Assembly: GCA_009602725.1 (NCBI GenBank)
Contig: WELB01000006.1
Span: 978,632 to 1,008,831, forward strand
Direction of reading: 5' to 3'
Length of the DNA: 30,200 bases
Origin: Spirogloea muscicola
Lineage: Eukaryota
The notes under the pieces were generated by a model. That model made no database searches and was not told where the DNA came from. It saw only the letters and a program-made list of their open reading frames with translations. Shown in pieces: positions 1 through 9,739 of this stretch; position 1 is the stretch's first letter, and every line of letters starts with the position of its first letter. Both the position numbers and the translations under genes were made by a program.

Positions 1-1448
1 CCGTCCTCCCTGTATAGTAACACCTCTTCGTGATCAAGCGTCGCCACCAATTCTCCTCCCTTCTGGCCAGTTGCACTTTCAAGTGTGCACTGCAAATTGA
101 TGACCCTTTCAGTTGGAAATCTCTTAAGCGATCAAGGCAATGAATAGCTAAAGCTGCAAAAAGCTTGCCAACCAAGCATGCATGCACAAGTTGACACACG
201 AGCCTTCCTTGAGAGCTCAAGAGCTGACCAATTATGGAATGAAGAGGATGCTGCTGCATCGATGGACGAGGCCAAATGATTGGCTTGTTTGGAAATGGAG
301 ATGACCTGAATGATGATGACCTCGTATGGCATGCGTTCCTCCTCGCCAGGGTATAGTAGCTCCACCTTGCCAAGGATCTCCTTTCCTGAGGCTCCTCGCC
401 AAGTGCAGTCCGATACCCTTCTGTGCTGCTTGAGAACTGAAAAAGGGCAGCATGCATGCATCAGATGTGCAGGTCCTCGCACTGATCTGGACGTTGATGG
501 ATCCAAGAAGAGGCTAATAGCATCACATTCCCACTGTTTTGAAGCAGCAAAGACGTTTGCATTTGGAAGCAGTGATACGATCCAGTGCCAAGGCATGGAA
601 CGACCTGACTGGAACGACCTGACATTGCTGACCAAACGGTTCGCAGTCAATATCTAACAGAGGACAATGAGGCCATTGTCGTCTATAGTGTAAGTTAGCA
701 GCTGATGAACGCCCCTTGTGTGTTTCTGGCAGCCTACCAGCTGCGCCAAAGCCGATGGTTGCAAATCTCTGCTTATCAATCCTGTATGCGCTGAATTGTA
801 CAAAACCGTAAGGTCCACGACCCACGAACTGGTGCTGCTTCCACTCCGCTTGCATGGGAGCCGTGCTGCAGGGCAACAGGCATCAAAGTGAGGGACTTTG
901 GATAGCTTTTGCAACGCCACGAGGTTGGCAACCTCAAGCGCCAGACCGTTGGTCCAGGCAGAAGTCAAAGTTGTGTGAGCAAGCGGCGGCCTGGAGACAA
1001 AGGGCGCACCAAAAGGAGCGTGACGGACAGTATTTCTTGCAAATCTTCAGTACATGGACAGTGAAGCACAGCACCCAATGCAGGCAACGCTTCAATGTGC
1101 GCATTGATGTCCGGAAAGGAAGGCGGGGTCAGGGGGGTTTTCTTGGCAGACATGAGATAGAGAGAGCTGCGGTGGCATAGCTTGCATCCCGGCCGGAAGT
1201 GGCAGACCGCAACGGAGGGCCAGAGAAGCAATCTGCTGGTCATGAGGCACAAACCTCACAACATCGGCGAGCCTGGACTCGCATTCTCGGCGCATGGTGT
1301 GCTTCATCTCGTGGATGTTGAAGTGAATGGAGAGGAGCAGGTATTTGATGGCGAACAGCAAGCAGATGATGAGCGAGACCGTGCCAAACTTCTTGGTCAG
1401 CCGCACCCAGAGTGGGTCCCCAACCACCTTCTTCATGGTTGCGACCAT
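1..1448 (-). CDS. GT92/DUF23 galactan beta-1,4-galactosyltransferase (GALS-like), 5' part; continues beyond the left edge
   Basis: Phase-compatible GT-AG exons ~1255-1448, 738-865, 306-436 and 1-89. They give a type II TM anchor (KKFGTVSLIICLLFAIKYLLLSI) followed by GPYGFVQFSAYRIDKQRFATIGFG...CTW...YEVIIIQCTLESATGQKGGELV, which resembles the GALS N-terminal domain (FV.MxAYR....FAVIGL...CEW...VVNCTF...GG.L). The start is uncertain because the frame stays open up to the N gap at 1648. Confidence 0.7.
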
Positions 1449-1680
1449 GACAGGAGGCGCCGACGGGCCCGCCGGGCCGGGGACGGCCGGGTCCTCCTCT
1501 CGCACCAGAGCGAGTCCTGCGAGGGCCTCTGAGCAGCCGTGCTCAGAAGGCTGGGCAGCTCGGGGAGGCCATGCTGCAGCCGGGGCCCGCGACGCCGGCG
1601 CCGCTCGCGAGCGCGGTGGCAGCCGCCGGCGGCGTCGGCGGCGGAGCNGGATTGGGGGGGGGGGTGGATCGGGGGCTCTC

Positions 1681-3090
1681 CTTGATGGCTTTCTTCTGTT
1701 GTTGGCGCAGGCGTCTTGTCCTGACCTCTGCTGCTCAACAGCTGTTGAGCACCCAGCGGCCACTCTTAGTCGCTATGTGCCTCACGCTTTTCCGGCCCCC
1801 TTGGCTCACTTCAACTCCGGCCTGGCCAACCGCCGTCGCACCATAGTGAAAGTATCCTGTGGCTTTTTGTCCGGTGGCGCCCGGCTTCAAAGTGCGGGCT
1901 GTGCCTTTCGCCAGGGCCCTGCGGTGGGCCCCTGCGGGACGCCTTGGGCTGAGAAGGCGCCAGCATGGGCGCCGCACAGCGGGGCCCCACGGCGCCGGCC
2001 TTTCCGACCCAGCGCTGTGGCCCAGCGCTTCTTTGTCCACGGCCGGCGTGCGCTGCAGCTCCCGGAGGCCGACCTGCGCGGGCGCGCGAGACTCCACTCG
2101 GCCTCTTCCCCGCGGGCCGCGGCGTGGCTCCAGGCCCTCCCCCTCAACGACGCCCTCACTGTCCCGGACGAGGTATTTCGCAGTGCCGTCCACCGGCTCC
2201 TGGGCCTGCCGCCGCCATGCCTCCAGGGTGTGCGTCAGTGCGAACGTGGCGAGCGAGGGGCCGAGCCTGGGGAGCTGGCCGCTAATGTTCTGCGCTGTTC
2301 CCACGGCGAAGAGCGGACAGCGGCCCACGACCGCCTCCGGGATGCGATGCATGGCATCGTGGTGGAGGCTGGCTTCTCGGTGGCAGCGGAGAACTCCGCC
2401 GTCATGCCGCTCCAGCAAAGGTCCACGCACATCGCGTAGACCTTGTGGCCACCCCACAAGCCGGCGGGCCACGTCTTATCCTGGACGTGGTGACTACAGA
2501 CGCATACGACCGCTCACACCCAGCCCAATGTGCCATCAAGGCTGAGTATGCGGTCGCCTGCGCCGCTCGAGCTAAGGAGCTCAAATTCTGATCATCCGCG
2601 GGAAGACGAGTTCTTCCCTCTGGCTATCGACACGCATGGGGCGTTGGGCGCTCGGTGGCTCGAGCTGCTCAACCAGCTCGCCCGCCACGCCATCGTCCGC
2701 CGCTTCCATGGAGAGCCAGTGGACTTTCCTGCAGCCGGGTCGCTAGCGCAGGTGTACCCGATGCGCTTGGCCGTCTCGCTATGGCCCGCGCGCTGCACCT
2801 GCGTGCCGGCAGAGCCCTCGCTGCTGCCTCTGGCTCTGGCCAGGGGACCCACTTCCAGGAGCCTAGCTTCTTTGACCTGAGGCTGCTTAGCAGGGGTTAC
2901 TGAGTAATACGTAGCTGCTTTGTTTCTTGTTGTGCTTGTTTTGCTTAGCGCTTCCCCTGGCCCCCTTCTCGTACTTTGTTCCTTATTTTTTGGGCTAGCT
3001 TTTCCAGCCCCTATCCTCAATGGGCGAGCCTTTTCTTCTCTTTCTGACGGCAATTGCCTCTCACAGCCACCGCCCCTCTCCTGGAAGCGT
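1681..3090 (+). mobile_element. Degenerate non-LTR retrotransposon 3' portion (CRE-like, restriction-like endonuclease type) with 3' UTR
   Basis: Across frameshifts near 2425, 2588 and 2780 it reads AAAWLQALP...FRSAVHRLLGL...C..C...LRC.HG...HDRLRD...GFSVAAE / RVDLV...LILDV...AARAKELKF / FFPLAIDTHGALG...RAGRALAAASG...DLRLLSRGY* (stop 2901-2903). This is the post-RT region, zinc knuckle and PD-(D/E)xK RLE typical of CRE/SLACS/R2-group elements. The RT core is not visible, and the 5' side abuts the N gap. Confidence 0.8.
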
Positions 3091-3659
3091 CTCTTCTTTC
3101 GGACCCTAGACAGCAGGAGCGGCTCTTCCGAAGGAGAAAGTAACGGCTTCTTCAAGCAAGGCGATGGCCAGGTCAGAGGCCAGCCCAGAGAGAACAGGAA
3201 GCGCTTCCAAAGCGGGCGAAGGCTGTGATAAGGCGAGCCCAATAGAAGGAACAACTCGTAAGGCTATAGATGTGGGAGAACGGGCCGGAAGGGCAAATAG
3301 GGGCGCTGGCTGTGACTGGCTGCACTTTCAAGGGGGCCAGGGCTGTGAAAACAGTGGAAGAAGGCTGTAAAGGCTGTGAAAAGCCCAGCTCAGCCCACAT
3401 AGAGTGGACGAAGGCCCGAATGGGTGCCACGACACCTGGGGTGCCCTTAAGAGATTTTCGTGTATTTGAAATAAACGAAGGCCAAATGGCCAAGTACAAA
3501 GGCAAGCACATCTAGAGACCTACATAACCCAGCAGATTGACGCGCTCAATAACCACTGGTCAAAATCTTCGAGAGAAGGCGCGCGGATTCGCATGAAATG
3601 AAACAGAGCGCAGTATGCAGGTGGCGGCGGAAGCGCACTGGCAGGTGCCATCTGAAGGG

Positions 3660-3935
3660 GGCGGCGCTTGGCGCAAGAAAGCGCTCGCCCATAGAGAAGA
3701 GGGGCTGGCAAAGACAGCCAAAAAAGAAATGGACAATGTCCAAAGCCAGAGAAAGAGGAGCCGGAAAGAGGACTGCACTACAAAACACTGCAAAACACAC
3801 AAACGATGCAGAGGGAAGCTCATCACCCACGAGTGAGCAACATCAGGTCTGAGTAGCTCGCTGCAGGGAAAGAGGCACTCCGCCGAGTCCCAGAGGCGCC
3901 GGCCATAGCACGGCCTGCTCGCGCACCTGAACGGC
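3660..3935 (-). mobile_element. Second CRE-like element fragment (ORF C-terminus plus 3' UTR), inverted
   Basis: The minus strand encodes RAGRAMAGASGTRRSASFPAASYSDLMLLTRG* (stop 3823-3825), homologous to the RAGRALAAASG...SFFDLRLLSRGY* end of the first element. The downstream UTR 3683-3770 matches ~2975-3035 in reverse complement. Confidence 0.75.
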
Positions 3936-4244
3936 AGGGGGGGCGGTGTTGCTCCTCTGCCCCCCCCCAACCCTTACCTTACCGTTGGAAGAGCTTCAAC
4001 ACCCGCCTTCTGCTCCTTGACAGGCTTTGCAATATCCACGTACTGCCTCCGGTTTTCCCGGCAATATGCCACCATCTCCTTCTCTGTGGGGTGCGCTCTG
4101 GTTCACGCTCTGGGGCCACAGAGGCTTGAAGGCCTGCTGCAACCACCTGACGCGCGGTGCGCATGTAATGGAAGAGTTGTTTCTACGGAAGCAGCTGCTT
4201 TTCTTTTCCGCCGGAAATGAAAGAAACAGCTCTTCTCAAGTAAG

Positions 4245-4380
4245 GCGGCAATGGCTGTGAAAGGCCAGCCCGAAAGAAGAAGTGCGCGCCCATAGAGAAG
4301 AGGGGCTGGCAAAGCCAGCCCAAAAAAGAATGGACAATGTCCAAAGCCAAAGAAAGAGGAGCCGGAGAAAGGAAGCTAGT
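4245..4380 (-). mobile_element. Third CRE-like 3' UTR fragment
   Basis: 4284-4372 is a close direct repeat of 3683-3770 (cgcccatagagaagaggggctggcaaag...aatggacaatgtccaaagcca.agaaagaggagccgga). Confidence 0.7.
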
Positions 4381-4429
4381 TGCTCCAATTTGCGTCTATT
4401 GGTTAAGGGTTTCGAGCAGCCCAGCCATC

Positions 4430-4690
4430 AGAAAAGCCGCTTTACCAACTTCTCGGCTGCTGACTAGGGGTTACGGAGTGGCCATATTGCAAGGTCACTT
4501 GCTGTCCTGAGTTGTATGCGCTTTCTAACTGCTTCGTTCATTCTTTTGTGGGCTGGCTTTCACAGCCCACCCCCCCCCTTGGAAGAGATTGGATTCCCCT
4601 TTTGAGTCGTGTTCATTCTCTTGTTGGCTGGCTCTTCACAGCCCTCGCCCAATACAAAAGAGCTGCTTATTCTCATTTACTACTTGGTCT
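4430..4690 (+). mobile_element. Fourth CRE-like 3' end fragment
   Basis: cggctgctgactaggggttac (~4454-4474) encodes RLLTRGY, matching the terminal RLLSRGY of element 1. A T-rich UTR follows, with two ggctggct(c)ttcacagcc hairpins. Confidence 0.55.
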
Positions 4691-4725
4691 TGATCGCTGT
4701 GTGATTGGTGCTCTCTGGCACCTTC

Positions 4726-4920
4726 AGACGTTGTCGGCAAGGCTGAAGGCGCCAAGGAGCGCAAGTACGCCGAAATGGTCCTGCTGGAAGACGGATTTGT
4801 CGCGCTGACAATTGACGCCATTTGCCTGCACCACGTGCCCGCGCACATGTAGTGCCTGTGCGGCTACATTATGAGCCCACGTCGTTGCTGTATGGGCTGG
4901 CTATGCTGAAGTCAGCAGCC
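4726..4920 (+). mobile_element. Fifth CRE-like fragment (RLE C-terminal motif)
   Basis: Translates as DVVGKAEGAKERKYAEMVLLEDGFVALTIDA, the AE.xKxxKY...F.P(L)xxE/D motif of RLE endonucleases. A gggctggct...cagcc motif follows near 4894-4920. Confidence 0.55.
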
Positions 4921-5864
4921 GTATCACCTTCCTTCTCTGCTGAGGAGGCTCCCTGGTGGGGCATTGTCAGCTACTGAGAATGGGACTGCTGTCCAGCCCG
5001 AGACAGAAGAGACACTTGTAACGGAAGTCTGCTGTTCATTGCAATTCGCAGAAATTCGCAGTGCTAGATGACGAAAAAGCCAGCAAGAGGATGAAGGCCC
5101 TCTCGGCGACGCCTCACTTCTCTGCTCACGGCTGCTTGAGAGTGCTCTATTGGCCTCCTTATCCATTGCCGTCAAATATCAACGCTTTTGGTACACTCTT
5201 CTTAATCTGGCCGCATTCACGCAGAGGCCCGATTCTAGGAGCCAACAACCAGCTTCTGGCAAGCACCTACGTTTGGGTTTACTGCAGCCTGTAGGGTGAG
5301 GGTGTAGACTTTCTACGGTAGCTGTTATCCTCGTTCAGTAGCTGTCTATAAATGAGAGGAGGCTGCGGGCGGCGCGGGCAGGTCGTGCAGGTGCCAAGTA
5401 AGTGACAGATATCTAGATGCCCTTACAATTGAAAGCAAACAAATCCACCAGCAAGCAGCAAAAAGAGCCGAGAAAATGAGTGAACCGTGACCAAGGGAAA
5501 CATCCCTGTGAGACTTCAGAGTGAGATATACAAAAATGATGCAACTGCTGCTGTGACAGATGAAAAGACGGGCAAAGATGGGGGCTGGATTGCTGATTCA
5601 GATAAGCTACAAGCGAATGCCCTGCTAAGAAAGTCTTAGAGCCAACCCACTTGTAAGAGTTCCTTATGTTGCCACAACTACAGAGCTCATGGATCTATGT
5701 GACAGCTCTATGCATGTAGATTGAGTGCCGAGCGCTGGGTGCAGTGCAGACAACTCAAATGTGCTATTAACATGCGCCAACTTTATACGCAAGCACCTCA
5801 AAGGGTTGGTCAAAGCATATAAGTGACAGAGTGGCTGGGGCTTAGACTTGGCATGCTCTACATG

Positions 5865-8800
5865 TCATAAGCTGCTCATGCTGCTCAGGGTTGGCCAGAG
5901 CCATGCGTCCATGCAACCTTCTATTAGCGAGCGTGCTCGGTAGATTGCGTCTGGTCTCGAACATAAGGAGGCATCTCCTGCACATGCAGGCATGCTAACC
6001 GTCAACAGTGCCAAGCGCCTGGTAAACCAATTACGCAATCATCATGCTCCTCAGCCTTCTTACTTACTACTCGACAGAAGCTATCACAAAGTACACACAG
6101 AACCTTTGCCAGTGTCAGGTAAGTATGTTGCAGCAATGTTGTTCATATCATGGGCATACCAAAGGCTTGATACGGGCCTTGAGGACATCCTCGAAGGTCA
6201 GAGCCATGTCCACAATTGCTACAAGTGATGACAAGAGCAGGCTCTGAACAAGCAAGGCGAAACGAATATTGACAAGCAGTGATGAGCATGATCTCCAAAA
6301 TCAAAATATGACTGGGAGGTGCATAATGTCAAAGAAGATACGCCAGTCCTGAGCCCCAGTACATTTTGCAGATAAAGCTTCTGGTCAAGACAAGAAAATG
6401 TCAAGCTATCTTGTACCTGACCACCTCCGCATGCTTCGCTGGGATGTGGATAGGCAAGATACCTGAGACGGAAGAGTTCTGCTTTGATGCATGGCGCCAG
6501 GGGTCTTGCGATCCATTTGTGAAAAACATGTGAGAACCTGGCAAGTAGCCCATGCCAATGAACCATTGTTGCTTAGATCTTCTTCGAGGAATCTATCTAT
6601 AAATGTTTAGCATCTCTTCGTCAAGTGTAGAAAGTGCTGGCTTTGTAAGCAGCTTACCGGCAATCTTCTTCCCACCGTAGTATATGTTTGTAGCTTTGGC
6701 ATCTGGCAACAATTTCTTCTGAAATAGCTCCTCACACATTCTAGCGTGATATCTGTGAAACTGAGGCACATCTTGAAATGTTGCTCCATGTGTGGAGCAT
6801 GTGCTCATAGGCTCTCCTTACGGACATATGTGGACCTTCAGCTGGTCCTTTGCCATGCTCTTTGAGTATGCAGCATGAGTAGACTGGATTGAGCAGCAAA
6901 TAAAACAGGACAATCTGGTGATGGAAAAGTCAGCATGAGAGGAAGCAGACTGACGTGAAGTTGATGGAGGCCGAACGAATTGCTGCCTTCTCTGGAGCAG
7001 TCTGAAAGAAGCCAAACTCTGTGCATGTTTGATACCACCATTGTCTTCCAGCTGCAAGCTCAAGATGTGCCGCAAAGGCTTCACTACATGTCCTTACATT
7101 CCCATTCCAGTGACTGACACTGGCTTCATCAATGCACTGCGTTTGTCTCTTGTGCCTTTTCACATTGAGGGTCCGAAGACAGTGTTGACAAATAAGGCCA
7201 GGACATCATTTCACTTAATAGCGCGTTGGCGGTCATTCAGACACATGCATGAACTGTGACCTGTGTGAGGCACCCAAGTCCGACGAAGTCAAAGCTGAAG
7301 AGCATGCAAGTATATCCTCTATTGACTGCGTACTTTCACTCACAGCTGGCAGGTGATGGTGTGACATCGCTGAGGAACTCTCGGGAGTAGGTGAAAGGGT
7401 CAACACCAAATTGGCTATAGAAGAAGTTATTCACATATGCAGCGAACTCCTCCTGCAAGACAATGCAACCTCGTTTGCTGTGAAATGCAAATGTATGGTT
7501 GCCAACATGACAGGACAGTCTTGCTACCAGCATTGTGTAAGCTTGTTGAAATACAGTGCAAACCCTGCAGACATTGAGAAGGTCTTAAGAGCACCTGTAA
7601 TGCAATTACTCGGATAAAATCAAGCACATCTTGTTACTTGACTTGTTCGATGACTAGGCTTACCATGAGATCAAAACCAGCTCGGCTTGCAGCAACAAGT
7701 GGGCCACAGAGAACACTTGGGTGACCATATTGCATCTGCAATCCTTAGCATTCATAAGATCCAACTCAATAGGACAGTCCTTGCCAGGCAGATGTGAAGG
7801 GTACTCAAGCCCGCACTCACACAAGGTCAGCCACAGAGCTATTAGGAAGTTTCACATCAACCTCGCCGACACTGTTGCACATGGTGACCCACCGCAAGAG
7901 CTGCAGCGTCAGCAAGCAAGTACAGGAAGTCCTCGTCGACTGCCACCTGCAATTTATGCAGATGTGCATCAGAAATGCAGAGGTAGACAATTTTGCTGAG
8001 GTAGGTAACAGCACGACTGCTTGCTACTGGCAAACAGCGACAGCTATAGTAAGTGAAACTGCACTCTCATTGTCAGTTGCATATAACCACGTGCCTGCTG
8101 GGCCCCAAATAATCTCTTGACTGCTGTCTCATCCTTTTCTAGGCCATGCTCCACCAAGTCTGTGACCCTCCTCAAAGCAGCTGCACATTCAGATCCAGCA
8201 GACCGAGCAACCTGCAGGAACGACAGTGTGTGAGGGTTGTGCCTGCACAGACTAACACAGAACAGGTTAATATTCTCTGAAAGCATGTGATTCAAAGAGA
8301 GCGTGGTGAGCTGGCCGGACAAGTATCAGCTCCACAAGCCTCAAGTTGCAGCCAAACATCCAAGCTGACAATGAGGTGGTCTTGCAGCTGTGCCAAGGTA
8401 AGCCTGCACAGGATCAAGGCAGAAAGAAGGAGCTCTGTCCTATGCGTGCTAATAGATACCTGCACGTCAAATGCTGTGTAATTGACAATGGCATGTACGA
8501 CAGCCGAGCTGGCCAGGCTTCCAAGTGTGAGATGAGGAAACTTGAGCCTAAACCAGGCACTCAAAGCCCCTGGATAGGAGACGCCTATTACAAACCACGG
8601 ATTATCTCCTGAATATCTAGTGCGATTATAACGCCTGTCGATGGAAGCCTGCACCATCATTCCTTGAAAGGTCAGGCACTACTTGACCAGTATCATGGGC
8701 ATGCGTCCAGCTTTCACTCTTATTGCTGCAGTCTCCATGTACAGAGCCGTATCTCGCCTGGTAAAAGTGGCGGAAGGTGGCCAAGTCGAAGATGGCCTGC

Positions 8801-9635
8801 TTGGATGAAAGATATCGCAGGTTCTCAGTTGAAAGAGTGGAGAATGGCCAACTCTCGCCATAATACCGATGCTCCAGTGCAACTAGTGCAGCTCCATACT
8901 TTGCTGCCAACACCTGCTTATATAGCAAACCATCCGCAGTAAATCGTGGCTGCTATTCTACTCAACTGGTGGGTGATCTGGTCAGCCGGACAAGCCCTTT
9001 CCAACTCCGCATGCACATGTGCACTGGGCTTGGTTGTGCTGGGATGTATTGTACAATTGCCGTGGCAAAGGCATGGCAATTTCTGAAGAAAATTACCGCT
9101 GTGTAGTCTTCCTGGATGCCTGGGCACACGTACTCCCCACAGACAATAAGAAAGATTGGTCCATCTGGCTCCCTGAAGTGTGTGAGAGACTCAAAGTACC
9201 GTTGTTTGAAGACTGCAGAGACCTGGATTACGTAAAGACCACGGCATCTCTGAGCAGAGTCAAATCACACGATGCCTCGACCGCCACATTGCAGATGGAA
9301 TCCTGCAATCGTCAGTAAGCGTGCCCTGCGAATGCCATCTCAGCCACTACAGTTACTTATCAGCTGTGTGCTAGCGCAAAACAGTGTTCAGGATATGTCA
9401 GACGCTCGTGCCCGACCAGCGGAGGCCAAGCGACTGGCATTTGGCGGCAGGAGAGGCCCACCGCAGGCGCAAAGTGGTCGACGGTCTGGTGGAACACGGC
9501 CTCCTGTTGACCAGGCACGGCCACCGTCGAGTCTGGCATTATCAGCGTGCGGAGGCCGGCCGCCGGGCCGGCAGCAATGAGGCAGGCGAGCAGCAGAAAG
9601 ACCGGCGGCGGCCGTGCGAAGCCTGCGACCGCCAT
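5865..9635 (-). CDS. Serine carboxypeptidase S28 family (prolylcarboxypeptidase/EDA2-like), multi-exon, with signal peptide
   Basis: ATG at 9635 with a hydrophobic signal (VFLLLACLIAAG). Motifs FHQTVDHF, FKQRYFE, VALEHRYYGES, LSSKQAIFDLATF, nucleophile GVSYPGALSAWFRLKFPHL, RQWWYQTCTEFGFFQ, catalytic Asp FTNGSQDPW and catalytic His CGHGSDL. Stop at 5865-5867. Confidence 0.95.
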
Positions 9636-9739
9636 GGCGGAGCGCGCGCTGGCCAGCGAGGCCGCGAGAGCGACTCGGATGCGGGGAGAAGCTTTGAGAG
9701 AAAGACGACTTCTGGGACGCTCTTAGACTTCTCAGAGTC
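9636..9739. promoter_or_regulatory. Very short divergent intergenic region (probable bidirectional promoter / overlapping 5' UTRs)
   Basis: Only 104 bp separate the S28 ATG (9635, -) from the likely HAD ATG (9740, +). Confidence 0.5.

Noticed and set aside
1327..2439. 370-aa plus-strand ORF as a single gene
   Set aside because: It crosses the N gap at 1648 and joins the antisense of the GT92 exon to the retrotransposon remnant.
3955..3985. C/G runs and taaggg-like words near fragment 5' junctions (also ~1654-1664 and ~4404) as telomeric target sites
   Set aside because: There are no tandem telomere repeats, and the matches are too short to distinguish from chance.
3683..4372. ~85 bp direct repeats as LTRs or a CRISPR-like array
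   Set aside because: They match the retrotransposon 3' UTR, which is also present inverted at ~2975-3035. There are no TG..CA ends, PBS or regular spacers.
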